Of a stretch of DNA of 64,000 nt, positions 20,329 through 31,129 are shown piece after piece. Source of the stretch: an uncultured Actinomycetes bacterium. GTDB lineage: Bacteria; Actinomycetota; Acidimicrobiia; IMCC26256; DASPTH01. The stretch is from assembly GCA_963841415.1 (NCBI GenBank), contig CAWJCN010000004.1, positions 171,470-235,469 of the forward strand. The letters are read 5' to 3'. How positions within the stretch are numbered: the first letter of the stretch is position 1; every line of letters starts with the position of its first letter. The notes beneath the pieces were generated by a model. That model searched no databases. It saw only the letters and a program-made list of their open reading frames with translations, and was not told where the DNA came from. A program made the position numbers and the translations under genes.

Positions 20329-22148
20329 CGCTGGACCAGCACGTGCGCGCCGCCGGGGGGCAGCCGCACGTAGTTGTCGCCGACGCGCCAGTCGTGAGCA
20401 CCGCCCGAGAGCAGGTCCACCACCGCGAACTGCTCCGGCAGGCCGAGCGAGTCGGGCAGGGTGACGAGCCCCTCGCAGTCGGCGTGCGGATCGAGGTTCA
20501 CGCACACCGTCACCGCATCGGATCCGCGTCCCTTCACGTAGCCGATGAGCTGGTCGTGCGCGGTGTCGACGAACGTGACGTTGTCGACCCGACGGAACAC
20601 GTCGGAGGCGCGCCGGATCTCGTTGCAGCGGCGCACGAGGGGACCGAGCTCCCCTCCCACCGTGCCCGTCGAGCACTGGTACTTCTCGGAGTCGCGGTAT
20701 TCCTCGCTGCCAGGGCGCAGGGCGACACCGGCCGCGCGCTCGAACCCCGAGTACATCCCCCACGACGGCGACAACGTCGCGGCGAGCACGATGCGCGCGG
20801 CGAACGCCGGACCACCGCCGAGCTGCAGGTACTCGTGGAAGATGTCGGGGGTGTTCACGAAGAAGTTGGGCCGGAACCAGTCGGTCTGACCTGCGAGCTC
20901 GCGGACGTACGACTCGAGCTCGACGCGCGTGTTGCGCCACGTGAAGTAGGTGTACGACTGGCTGAACCCGATCTTCGCCAGCGTCGACATCACGGCCGGT
21001 CGGGTGAACGCTTCGGCGAGGAAGACGACGTCCGGGAAGTCGTCGCGCACCGAGGTGATGAGCCACTCCCAGAACGCGAACGGCTTGGTGTGCGGGTTGT
21101 CGACGCGGAACACGCGTACGCCATGGCCGATCCAGTGCTCGACCACACCGAGCAGCGCCCGCCACAGCTCCGCCGCATTCGGGCTGTCGAAGTCGAAGTT
21201 GACGATGTCCTGGTAGCGCTTGGGCGGGTTCTCGGCGTACTTCACCGAGCCGTCCGGTCGCCACGCGAACCATTCCGGGTGCTCGGCCAGCCACGGGTGG
21301 TCGGGCGAGCACTGCACCGCGAAGTCGAGCGCAATCTCGAGCCCGAGCTCATGGGCGCGCTCGACGAGCCGGTCGAAGTCGGCCAGGGTCCCGAGGTCGG
21401 GGTGCACCGCGGTGTGACCACCTGCCGGGCCGCCGATCGCCCAGGGACTCCCCGGATCGTGGTCCGATGCGGCGAGTGCGTTGTTGCGGCCCTTGCGGTT
21501 CGTGGTGCCGATCGGGTGGAGGGGAGGGAGGTAGACGATGTCGAAGCCCAGATCGGCGACGTCGGGCAGCGCGGCACGCACGCCGTCGAACCCACCGAAC
21601 GACCGCGGGAAGAGCTCGTACCACGCCCCGAACGCGGCGAGGGCGGGCTCGGCGATCACGGACAGCGGGGCGCCGAGCGATGTGGTCGCCATCCGCACCT
21701 CACCGCCCGCGTCGAGTGCGGCGGCGACGTCGGCGAGCGGGACGCCGAGCAACACCTCGCCTTCCGCGATCTCTGCCCCGAGCTCGGTCTCCCCCGCTTC
21801 GACCTTGCGGCGCAGCTCGTCGTGCCAGGTCGCCGCCAAGTCGACCCAGGCGTCGATCGCGTACTCCCAGCGGCCCGTCGTGTCGACGCAGAACGCGCCC
21901 TCGAAGCGGTCGGGTTCGTCATGCGCCTCGGTCATGGGCACGCGCGCCCATCGACGCGTGCCCACCTTCCGGTAGCGGAGCTCGGCCCGCACCTGGGCGT
22001 GACCATCGGCGACGACGGTGGCGCGCACGTCGACACGCTCGCCGACGACGCGCTTCACCGAGTACCGCCCGCACTCGACCTGGGGGGTCACGGCGGAGAT
22101 GCGCACGCGCGCGGTCACCTGTGCGTTCCCTGGCGTCCGATTGGGCAT
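20325..22148 (-). CDS. glgE: Alpha-1,4-glucan:maltose-1-phosphate maltosyltransferase
   Basis: 607 aa. N-terminal [22 protein letters not shown] and GH13_3 core ([16 protein letters not shown]). Confidence 0.9.
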   Translation of the reverse strand: MPNRTPGNAQVTARVRISAVTPQVECGRYSVKRVVGERVDVRATVVADGHAQVRAELRYRKVGTRRWARVPMTEAHDEPDRFEGAFCVDTTGRWEYAIDAWVDLAATWHDELRRKVEAGETELGAEIAEGEVLLGVPLADVAAALDAGGEVRMATTSLGAPLSVIAEPALAAFGAWYELFPRSFGGFDGVRAALPDVADLGFDIVYLPPLHPIGTTNRKGRNNALAASDHDPGSPWAIGGPAGGHTAVHPDLGTLADFDRLVERAHELGLEIALDFAVQCSPDHPWLAEHPEWFAWRPDGSVKYAENPPKRYQDIVNFDFDSPNAAELWRALLGVVEHWIGHGVRVFRVDNPHTKPFAFWEWLITSVRDDFPDVVFLAEAFTRPAVMSTLAKIGFSQSYTYFTWRNTRVELESYVRELAGQTDWFRPNFFVNTPDIFHEYLQLGGGPAFAARIVLAATLSPSWGMYSGFERAAGVALRPGSEEYRDSEKYQCSTGTVGGELGPLVRRCNEIRRASDVFRRVDNVTFVDTAHDQLIGYVKGRGSDAVTVCVNLDPHADCEGLVTLPDSLGLPEQFAVVDLLSGGAHDWRVGDNYVRLPPGGAHVLVQR

Positions 22149-22198
22149 GACCCGTCAGAGATGCCCCAGGCCCGCGCGTTCCAATCAGTGACACGACC

Positions 22199-23449
<1,251 letters not shown>

Positions 23450-23535
23450 ATTGGGGGTGAACGCTGTCTCCAGACGCGCAGGCACCGCGTTGACTGGTCG
23501 ACGACACCGCACACACCCCACGCTGCGAGGTCACC

Positions 23536-23715
23536 ATGCTGACGATGCTGCGTGTCGACACTGCAGTCGACACCTCCCCCACCACCCCCCAGGTCGACGA
23601 TCTGCTCGCGGTCTACCTCGGGCAGACCAGTGGCGGCCGCGTCCCCGCACCTGGCTGCGGCCAGCCCGTCACGGACGCCCAGGACCTCTGGGACTACCTG
23701 GGCGATTTCGCCTGA
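23536..23715 (+). CDS. Candidate small protein, 59 aa (MLTMLRVDTAVDTSPTTPQVDDLLAVYLGQTSGG...DLWDYLGDFA)
   Basis: Below the track cutoff. GAGG lies 7 nt before the ATG. About 86% G/C at codon third positions. The 3' end overlaps the convergent amidohydrolase by 22 nt. No family recognised. Confidence 0.3.
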   Translation: MLTMLRVDTAVDTSPTTPQVDDLLAVYLGQTSGGRVPAPGCGQPVTDAQDLWDYLGDFA

Positions 23716-24797
23716 ACGAGGCGGCCCGACAAATTCCAGATCCGGGCCGCGTTGCCTTCGATCATGAGGTCGCGCTCGGCGTGGGGCACGCCCTCGAACG
23801 TCTCGTCGATCACCGCCAACGACTTCGGCCACGTCGACACCGGGTGCGGGTAGTCGCTCGACCAGAGCAGGTTCTGCGCGCCGAGCACGTGACGGAGGTG
23901 GCGCACCGGATCCGGCTCGTCGATGAAGGTCATCGCCATGTTGCGGTGGTAGTAGAAGCTCGGCAGCTCGCCGTCGAGGACCGGGAACTCGTAGCCCTGG
24001 CGCAACACCATGTCGTCGAGGAACGCGAGGTAGCCCGCGACCCACGCCAGGCCCGGCTCCACGAACACGATCTTGAGGTCTGGGTATCGGGTGAGGACGC
24101 CGGTGAGGAGCCACATCCCGAGGGCTTCGCACGCCGACAGCGGCATGCACGACAACGTCCACGCCAGGCGCGGGGTGGGGTCGCGGTCGGCGAGCTGGTC
24201 GAGCGCGGTGTTGAGCCCGATGTGACAGCACACCGGCAGGCCACTGGCCGAGATCGCCGCCCACATGCGGTCGTAGCGCTCGTGGAAGTAGTCGGGTTGC
24301 CCGAGCTCGGCGGGAAACACCGGGAGCTGCAACGACTTGCCGCCCATCGACGCGACGCGCTCGATCTCGGCGACCGCGAGGTCGATGTCGTGGATCGGCA
24401 CCTGGTAGGTGACGACCAGCCGTGACGGATCGGCCGACGCGAAGTCGTGCAGGGTGTCGTTGAACGCGCGCGTGGCCTCGGCCGCGCCCGTCGGCAAGAG
24501 ATAGAGGTAGCGGTACGCGCTGACCTCGCAGTAGAGGACCTCGACGTCGACGCCGTCGACGTCCATGTCGCGCAGGCGTTCGTGCGGATCGGAGTAGCCG
24601 GGCCGGTTCCACGACGCGTGCTTGATCTCGTTGCCGCCCTGGTTCGCCCTCGCCGCGTTGCCGCCCAACATCTCGCGGTACGCCTGCATCAGCGCGGCGT
24701 CGTACTCGTCATGTAGCCGTGTCTCGAGATGCGCCTTCACGTCGTCGTGCTGGACGCTCACGTGGGAGTCGGCCGAGATGATGCGGGAGGTCGCCAT
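23694..24797 (-). CDS. Amidohydrolase-2 (ACMSD-like) family metal-dependent hydrolase
   Basis: MATSRIISADSHV... N-terminus and a SSDYPHP motif near the C-terminus. Start taken at ATG 24797 (ORF extends to 24827). Confidence 0.75.
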   Translation of the reverse strand: MATSRIISADSHVSVQHDDVKAHLETRLHDEYDAALMQAYREMLGGNAARANQGGNEIKHASWNRPGYSDPHERLRDMDVDGVDVEVLYCEVSAYRYLYLLPTGAAEATRAFNDTLHDFASADPSRLVVTYQVPIHDIDLAVAEIERVASMGGKSLQLPVFPAELGQPDYFHERYDRMWAAISASGLPVCCHIGLNTALDQLADRDPTPRLAWTLSCMPLSACEALGMWLLTGVLTRYPDLKIVFVEPGLAWVAGYLAFLDDMVLRQGYEFPVLDGELPSFYYHRNMAMTFIDEPDPVRHLRHVLGAQNLLWSSDYPHPVSTWPKSLAVIDETFEGVPHAERDLMIEGNAARIWNLSGRLVQAKSPR

Positions 24798-24823
24798 GCC
24801 GCGATTCTTGCACCGTCGGCGCC

Positions 24824-24853
24824 TCAATCGCTTGATTCAATCGGCTGATTGAA
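24824..24853. promoter_or_regulatory. Overlapping inverted repeats, candidate TetR operator
   Basis: TTCAATC-GGCT-GATTGAA (24836-24853, perfect 7-bp arms), preceded by TCAATC-GCTT-GATTCA (24824-24839). They lie in the 69-bp divergent region between the amidohydrolase and TetR genes. Confidence 0.5.
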
Positions 24854-24866
24854 CTAGGGTGCCCGG

Positions 24867-25487
24867 ATGGCCGTCGCCACCACCGAGCGCACGCAGGTGC
24901 GGTTGCTCGACGCCACCGAGCAGCTCATCGGCGAACGGGGCGTCGACGCAGTGTCGCTGCGCGCCATCAACGCCGCCGCCGAGAGCAACGTCGCCGCTGC
25001 GCACTACCACTTCGGGTCGAAGGAGGCTCTGGTGCGGGCGGTGCTCGACCGGCGCATGGCCGCGCTCGCCGCGCAGCGCTCCGAGCAGCTCGCCCCGCTC
25101 GAGACCGAGCCGGCGCCCTCTCCACGGGCGGTCGCCACGGTGTTCGTACAGCCGCTCTTCGACCTCGCGGCCGAATCGTCCGGCGCCCGCTACGTGCGCT
25201 TCCTCGCCGCCCTCTACCGCGCCGACGGCGACTGGCTCACCGTGCTCGACGGCGCGTTCGCGCCCCAGTGGGCGCGCATCGAGCCCGTCCTCGTCCGCGC
25301 CACGCCGCACCTCGACGACGTGCGCCGCGGCCGTCGTGTCTCACTCGCCAGCGAGACCATGATCCGCATGCTGGCCGACCCCGGACGCTACGGGGCCGGC
25401 ATCACCAGCGACGAGCTCCGCGACGAGGTGATCGGCATGTTCACCGCCATCGTCACCGGTCCGCCCGACACCCAGGAGACGCCATGA
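24867..25487 (+). CDS. TetR/AcrR-family transcriptional regulator
   Basis: N-terminal HTH RLLDATEQLIGERGVDAVSLRAINAAAESNVAAAHYHFGSKEALV. Confidence 0.85.
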   Translation: MAVATTERTQVRLLDATEQLIGERGVDAVSLRAINAAAESNVAAAHYHFGSKEALVRAVLDRRMAALAAQRSEQLAPLETEPAPSPRAVATVFVQPLFDLAAESSGARYVRFLAALYRADGDWLTVLDGAFAPQWARIEPVLVRATPHLDDVRRGRRVSLASETMIRMLADPGRYGAGITSDELRDEVIGMFTAIVTGPPDTQETP

Positions 25488-26380
25488 CCGCAACCACCGC
25501 GACCCTCGCCGACGTCCGACCGCTCACCGGAGCGTGCGGTGCCGAGGTGCACGGCATCGACCTGCGCGCACTCGACGCCGACGGCTGGAAGGCCATGTAC
25601 GCGACGTGGCTCGAACACCTCGTGCTGTTCTTCCCCGGCCAGTCGCTCGACGCCGACGCGCACGTCGCGCTGGGCCGTCGCTTCGGCGAACCCGAGATCC
25701 ATCCGTACATCCCCAAGCACGACGACGAGCACCCCGAGATCGTGGTGATCGACACCCTCGGTGGTGGTGTCGACGTCTGGCACACCGACGTGACGTTCAG
25801 CCCGACCCCGCCCATGGCGTCGGTGCTGCAGATGGTGGTGAACCCGCCGCGGGGCGGCGACACGATCTTCACGAACCAGTACCTCGCCTACGAGACGCTG
25901 TCGGCCCCGATCCGCGAGCTGCTCGACGGCCTCACCGCGGTCCACCACGCGGCGCCCTTCGGCCACCCCGAGCAGCAGGCGATCCACCCGGTCGTGCGCA
26001 CCCATCCCGACACCGGCCGCCGGTCGCTGTTCGTGAACCGCACCTTCACGTCACACGTCCGCGAGCTTCGGCGCAGCGAGAGCGACGCGCTGCTGCACTA
26101 CCTGTACTCGTGGTCGGAACGGCCCGACTTCCAGTGCCGGTACCGCTGGGAGGTCGGCACCATCGGGATCTGGGACAACCGGTGCACGCAGCACTACGCG
26201 GTCGCCGACTACCACGACGAGCGCCGGGTGATCGAGCGAGTCACCGTGATCGGTGACACTCCCGACGGCGGCACGCCGCGGTGGGAACCGTTCGCCGAGC
26301 ACCGCGGCTACCAGCAGGGCACGCTGGCCCAGGCGCGGTCGATGGACGCCGACCCGCGCGCGAACTCGATGGCGAAGTAG
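25484..26380 (+). CDS. TauD/TfdA-family Fe(II)/2-oxoglutarate dioxygenase
   Basis: ATG 25484 overlaps the TetR stop (ATGA). WHTDVTF (His-x-Asp) motif, GDTIFTN, IWDNRCTQHYA. Confidence 0.85.
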   Translation: MTATTATLADVRPLTGACGAEVHGIDLRALDADGWKAMYATWLEHLVLFFPGQSLDADAHVALGRRFGEPEIHPYIPKHDDEHPEIVVIDTLGGGVDVWHTDVTFSPTPPMASVLQMVVNPPRGGDTIFTNQYLAYETLSAPIRELLDGLTAVHHAAPFGHPEQQAIHPVVRTHPDTGRRSLFVNRTFTSHVRELRRSESDALLHYLYSWSERPDFQCRYRWEVGTIGIWDNRCTQHYAVADYHDERRVIERVTVIGDTPDGGTPRWEPFAEHRGYQQGTLAQARSMDADPRANSMAK

Positions 26381-26436
26381 CACCGTCAGGCGCGCGGGGA
26401 GAGTGACCCCCGACGACACCGAGCCGGGGGGAACAG

Positions 26437-27358
26437 ATGGACGTCGCCGCTTCGTTGCTGGCCGCGCAAGCACAGACCGGCCTCGACGACTACGGGCCCG
26501 AGGCCGACGCCATGCTCGAGGCGCTCGCCGTGCTGGCGCGCTCGGTCAACGACGAGGCTGCCCTCGACGAGCAGGGGGAAGCCGTCGTCGGCGGCATGGT
26601 GGTGGCGTTGCTCGCGCGGCGGCTCGACATCGAGCGCTGGTACGCCGACCATCCCGAGATCGGCGAGCAGGAGATCGGGTCGGTGCTCTTCGGCGTCGGC
26701 CTGCCCCGCACCGGCTCCACCGCGCTCAGCTACCTCCTCGCGCAGGACAAGGCCGTGCGCTCACTACGGGTGTGGGAGTCGAGCCAGCCCACCCCTCCAC
26801 CCGAGCTCGACGGCGAGGACGACGGCCCGGGTTCGTCGCGACGCGCGAGGCCATGAGCGGGCTCGGGTCACTCCCCGAGGAGCTCAAGTCCATGCTGCCG
26901 TCGTCGGCCGACGGTCCGGCGGAGTGCCTCGACCTGCTGAACCTCTCGTTCCGCTGCGCGATGCTCGACACCGTCACGCAGACCCCGTCGTACGGCGCGT
27001 GGTTGCTCGACTGCGACTTCGGCCCCGCGTACCGCCATCACGAACGGGTGTTGAAGTTGTTGCAGTGGCACCGGCCGCCCAACCGCTGGCGGTTGAAGAC
27101 GCCGGCGCACATGTTCGCCATCGACGCCCTCGACGCGGTCTACCCCGACGCGCGCTTCGTGATCACACACCGCGACCCCGCGAAGGTGATGCCGTCGCTG
27201 GCCAGCGTGGAGACCGCGGTCGTGCGCATGTACACCGGCAAGGCGGACCCGTACGACTTCGGCCGGCACTGCGTCGAGGACTGGGATCACGCGTTACTCC
27301 GAGCGGTTTCCCTTCATCAAGGAGGTCCGTTCGTGATGTCGGCCCGTTCGTGGTCTGA
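26437..27358 (+). pseudogene. Sulfotransferase-family protein (PAPS-binding GLPRTGSTAL), frameshifted as sequenced
   Basis: Frame 1 stops at 26856. Homologous-looking sequence continues in frame 3 (FVATREAMSGL...KTPAHMFAIDAL...VITHRDP). The switch is near CCCGGG at 26826-26832. The 3' end is uncertain. Confidence 0.6.
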
Positions 27359-27367
27359 GCGACTGCT

Positions 27368-27706
27368 CTACGCGGCCTGCGCGGCGTCTGCCGCGACGGG
27401 CCCGCCGGTGAGCGCGGCGGTGAGACGGGCCCGGAGGCGAGGGGCGTCGGCAGGAGCCACGCGGTTGGCCGCCAGCACGCCGTCGACCATGTCGGTGACC
27501 ACCTCGGCGAAGGGCCGGTCCCGCAGACGGACCGACACGACCGCGCCCGCCGGGTAGCGACGGATCGTGCGCGCCGCCCCGGCCACCCGCGGCGGCGACC
27601 GGAACGCGGGCACGTCGAGGCCGGCCTCGTGGGCGGAAGCCCCGAGGCGACGGGCGACGTCGGCGAAGCGCAAGGCGGGGAGCTCGGTGACGGTCCGGTC
27701 GTTCAC
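27368..27706 (-). CDS. Hypothetical protein (112 aa)
   Basis: ORF with ATG start, divergent from the MATE gene. No family recognised. Confidence 0.45.
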   Translation of the reverse strand: MNDRTVTELPALRFADVARRLGASAHEAGLDVPAFRSPPRVAGAARTIRRYPAGAVVSVRLRDRPFAEVVTDMVDGVLAANRVAPADAPRLRARLTAALTGGPVAADAAQAA

Positions 27707-27793
27707 GGGATCAGCATCGCACCGGGGTGTGACAGTTATTCCGGGCTCACCGAACCGGTGCTCTCACCGATCGTGCGTCACCATGGCGGACTG

Positions 27794-29128
27794 GTGACGC
27801 AAGAACGCGGAGACGGCGCGAGACGGCCCTACGACCGGGAGATCGCGCGCCTCGCGGTGCCGGCGCTGGGCGCGCTGGCGGCCGAGCCGCTCTACCTGCT
27901 CGCCGACACCGCCATCGTCGGCCACCTGGGCACCCGCCCGCTCGCCGGCCTGGCGGTCGCCGGGTCCGTCCTCACCGCCGCGTTCAGCGTGTTCAACTTC
28001 CTCGCCTACTCGACCACCGCCGGGGTGGCCCGCCAGCTCGGTGCCGGCCATCGGCGGGACGCGGCCGAGAGCGGCGTCGACGGGTGCTGGCTGGCGGTGG
28101 GCCTCGGGCTCGTGCTGACCGGGCTCGGGCTCGCGCTCGCTCCGGCGATCGCCGACGTGATGGGCGCGTCGCCGTCGGTCGCTCCCTTCGCGGTCACGTA
28201 CCTGCGCATCAGCATCCTCGGCGCCCCCGCGCTCCTCCTCGCGTTCGCCGGCGCGGGTTACCTGCGCGGCATGCAGGACACCAAGACCACGCTCGTCATC
28301 GCGGTCGTCGCCAACGCGGCCAACCTGCTCGTCGAGGTCCTCTTCGTCTACACGCTCGACCTCGGCATCGCAGGCTCGGCGTGGGGCACGGTGCTGGCGC
28401 AGTACGGCGCCGCGATCGCGTACCTCGTCATCGTGGCGCGCGCGGTACGACGCGCCGATGCATCCTTGAAGCCGCGCGCGGCGGGCGTGCGCGCCAACGC
28501 GACGGTCGGGAGCCGGCTGGTCGTGCGCACCGCATCGCTGATCGTCGCGTTGTTGACCGCGACCGCCGTCGCGTCGCGCATCAGCGTCGATGCCGTCGCC
28601 GCGCACCAGATCTGCATGCAGATCCTGCTCTTCCTCGCGCTGTCGCTCGACGCGCTCGCCATCGCGGGCCAGGCCATGGTCGGTCGCTTCCTCGGCGCGT
28701 CCAGCGCGCACGACGCGCGGGCCGTCGGCCGCCGCCTCATGGAGCTCGGCATCGTCGTCGGCCTGCTGTTCGGGCTGGCCCTGGTGGTGCTGCGCCCGTG
28801 GTTGGCGAGCGTGTTCACCAACGACGCCGGGGTGCGGCACCTCGTGCTCGAGGTGCTGTGGATCGTCGCCGCGCTGCAGCCGGTCGCGGCCGTCGTGTTC
28901 GTGCTCGATGGCGTGCTCATCGGCGCGGGAGACGCCGGCTACCTCGCGCTGGCGATGCTCGTCGCCACCGTCGCCGTGTACCTCCCTGCCGCGCTGCTCG
29001 TCGCGGTGCTCGACGGTGGGCTGCTGTGGCTCTGGGGCGCGCTCGCGCTCTGGATGCTCGCCCGCTTCGTGGGCATGGCCGGCCGCTTCCGCACCACCCG
29101 GTGGGAGGTCGTCGGCGCCAAAAGGTAG
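27794..29128 (+). CDS. MATE-family efflux transporter (DinF-like)
   Basis: 12-TM profile. EIARLAVPALGALAAEPLYLLADTAIVGHLG N-terminus. The start is uncertain; GTG 27794 was chosen within ORF 27629..29128. Confidence 0.85.
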   Translation: MTQERGDGARRPYDREIARLAVPALGALAAEPLYLLADTAIVGHLGTRPLAGLAVAGSVLTAAFSVFNFLAYSTTAGVARQLGAGHRRDAAESGVDGCWLAVGLGLVLTGLGLALAPAIADVMGASPSVAPFAVTYLRISILGAPALLLAFAGAGYLRGMQDTKTTLVIAVVANAANLLVEVLFVYTLDLGIAGSAWGTVLAQYGAAIAYLVIVARAVRRADASLKPRAAGVRANATVGSRLVVRTASLIVALLTATAVASRISVDAVAAHQICMQILLFLALSLDALAIAGQAMVGRFLGASSAHDARAVGRRLMELGIVVGLLFGLALVVLRPWLASVFTNDAGVRHLVLEVLWIVAALQPVAAVVFVLDGVLIGAGDAGYLALAMLVATVAVYLPAALLVAVLDGGLLWLWGALALWMLARFVGMAGRFRTTRWEVVGAKR

Positions 29129-29165
29129 CGATCTGTTGCAGATGTGAAACACGTCGCTACCTTTT
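29120..29165 (+). terminator. AT-rich 12-bp-stem hairpin overlapping the MATE stop codon
   Basis: AAAAGGTAGCGA (29120-29131) pairs with TCGCTACCTTTT (29154-29165) across a 22-nt loop. An A-tract precedes it and a T-tract follows. Confidence 0.4.
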
Positions 29166-29178
29166 GCCGAGAGTGGGG

Positions 29179-30087
29179 ATGTGCTTTCCTGGGCAGATGC
29201 CCGCGTCGCCCGAGCAGCCGCTGCGTCTCGTCGGCGAGGAGGGCGAGGCGAGCCCGCGGGTCGCACCCGCACCCGCAGCCGAGCAACCGGTCGCCCTCGA
29301 CGAGCTCCTGCGCGTCGACGAGTGGGGCCGCAGCGAGCCGGTGCGGGCGTTGGCACGCGCCCTCTACGAGCCCGTCTACCGGCACTGGCTGCGGGCCGAG
29401 TGGGAGGGACTCGAGCACGTGCCGCTCGAAGGCGGCGCGCTGCTCGTCGCCAACCACGGTGGCGCCATCCCCTCCGACGCCCCGGTGGTCATGCACGGCA
29501 TAGAGACGGAGTTGCTGCGCCCGGTGTACGGGCTGGCCGAGAACCTCTTCCGCCAGCTGCCGGTGGTCGGCACGCTGTGGTCGCGCGCGGGCGGCGTCCC
29601 CGCCCACCCCGACAACGCGTACCGCCTCCTGCACGACGACGGGCAGCTCGTGCTCGTGTTCCCCGAGGGCACCAAGGCCACCGGCAAGCTCGTGCGCGAC
29701 CGCTACCAGCTCCGCCGGTTCGGACGGGGCGGGTTCGTGGAGATCGCCATGCGCTCCGGCGTGCCCATCGTGCCGATGGCGATCGTGGGCAACGAAGAGG
29801 CCATGCCGATCCTGTGGAAGAGCGCGCGCCTGGCGAAGCTCTTCGGTCTCCCCTACTTCCCGATCACCGCCAACCAGTTCGTGTTCGGACCGGTGCTCGG
29901 CTACGTGGTGCCGCTGCCGGCCAAGTTCCGCATCCGCGTGCTGCCACCGATCGCCTTCGACGTGGAACCGGGCCTGCCTCGCTACAACCGCGGCATGGTC
30001 ATGGAGCAGGCCGAACACATCCGGTCGCTCATCCAGTCTGAGGTCGACGACCTGCTCCGCCACCGCCGCAGCGTCTGGCGGGGCTGA
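29179..30087 (+). CDS. 1-acyl-sn-glycerol-3-phosphate acyltransferase family (PlsC-like)
   Basis: NHGGAIPSD (HX4D) and FPEGTK motifs. The start is ATG 29179 or 29197. The upstream part of ORF 28084..30087 is the alternative frame of the MATE gene. Confidence 0.85.
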   Translation: MCFPGQMPASPEQPLRLVGEEGEASPRVAPAPAAEQPVALDELLRVDEWGRSEPVRALARALYEPVYRHWLRAEWEGLEHVPLEGGALLVANHGGAIPSDAPVVMHGIETELLRPVYGLAENLFRQLPVVGTLWSRAGGVPAHPDNAYRLLHDDGQLVLVFPEGTKATGKLVRDRYQLRRFGRGGFVEIAMRSGVPIVPMAIVGNEEAMPILWKSARLAKLFGLPYFPITANQFVFGPVLGYVVPLPAKFRIRVLPPIAFDVEPGLPRYNRGMVMEQAEHIRSLIQSEVDDLLRHRRSVWRG

Positions 30088-30094
30088 GCGCGCC

Positions 30095-31129
30095 GTGCGC
30101 ATCCTCGTCACCGGGCTCGGGACCTTCTGGGGCAGCCGGATCGCGCGGGCACTGGAGCAGCGGCCCGAGGTCGAGCTGGTCGTCGGCGTCGACACCCGCG
30201 AGCCGCGTCTCCCGCTCACCCGGACCGAGTTCGTGCAGGCCGACGCGTCGTACGCGATCCTGCGCCGCATGGTGCGGGCCACGCAGGTCGACACCGTGCT
30301 GCACACCCACCTCGAGGTCGACTCCACCCGCGTCAGCGGTCGCCGCCTGCACGAGGTCAACGTGATCGGCACCATGAACCTGCTCGCGGCGGCGGCCGGC
30401 GAGGGCAGCTCGGTGCACAAGATCGTGCTCAAGACGTCGACGCTGGTCTACGGCTCCAACTTCGCCGACCCCTACTTCTTCCGCGAGTCCGCTCGCCGCA
30501 CCCACACGCCCACGACGCCCGTCGAGCGATCACTGGTGGAGGTGGACTCGCTGGTGAACGACTTCGCGGAGGATCACCCGGAGGTCGCGGTCACGTCGCT
30601 GCGCTTCGCCAACGTGCTCGGCGACGACGTGACCACGGTCTTCTCCCGCATGTTGCGCATGACGACCGTGCCCGAGGTGTTCGGCTACGACCCGCGACTG
30701 CAGTTCGTGCACGAGGACGACGTCACTCGCGCGCTGGCACACGCGACGCTGCACGACGTCCCCGGCACATTCAACGTCGCCGGTCCGGGGACGATCACGT
30801 GGGGCGAGGCCTGCCGCGCGGTCACGCGCCGCCGGCTCGCGATGCCGCCGGTGTTCACTGGCGGCGCCGCGCTGCCCCTCCGCCTCCTGCGCATCATCGA
30901 CATCCCGCCCGAGGTGCTGAGCGTGCTGCGGTACGGGCGCGGGGTCGACACGACCGCATTCGTCGACGCCGGATTCGAGTACCGCTACACGACGCCGGGA
31001 ACGGTCGAGGCGTTCGCGCAGGCCTGTCGACTCGAGCGGGTCGTCGGTACGCCGCCGGCCTACGAGTACGAGCGCGACGTCGAGGACTTCTTCCGCAACT
31101 CACGCGCGGTGGTGCGGCCCGAGGGCTAA
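30095..31129 (+). CDS. NAD-dependent epimerase/dehydratase family protein
   Basis: GTG start. MRILVTGLGTFWGSRIA Rossmann-type N-terminus. Lies 7 nt after the acyltransferase stop. Confidence 0.85.
   Translation: MRILVTGLGTFWGSRIARALEQRPEVELVVGVDTREPRLPLTRTEFVQADASYAILRRMVRATQVDTVLHTHLEVDSTRVSGRRLHEVNVIGTMNLLAAAAGEGSSVHKIVLKTSTLVYGSNFADPYFFRESARRTHTPTTPVERSLVEVDSLVNDFAEDHPEVAVTSLRFANVLGDDVTTVFSRMLRMTTVPEVFGYDPRLQFVHEDDVTRALAHATLHDVPGTFNVAGPGTITWGEACRAVTRRRLAMPPVFTGGAALPLRLLRIIDIPPEVLSVLRYGRGVDTTAFVDAGFEYRYTTPGTVEAFAQACRLERVVGTPPAYEYERDVEDFFRNSRAVVRPEG

Noticed and set aside
28084-29178. N-terminal 365 codons of the 667-aa ORF 28084..30087
   Set aside because: This stretch overlaps the MATE transporter in another frame and looks non-protein-like. 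The acyltransferase homology only begins after ATG 29179/29197.
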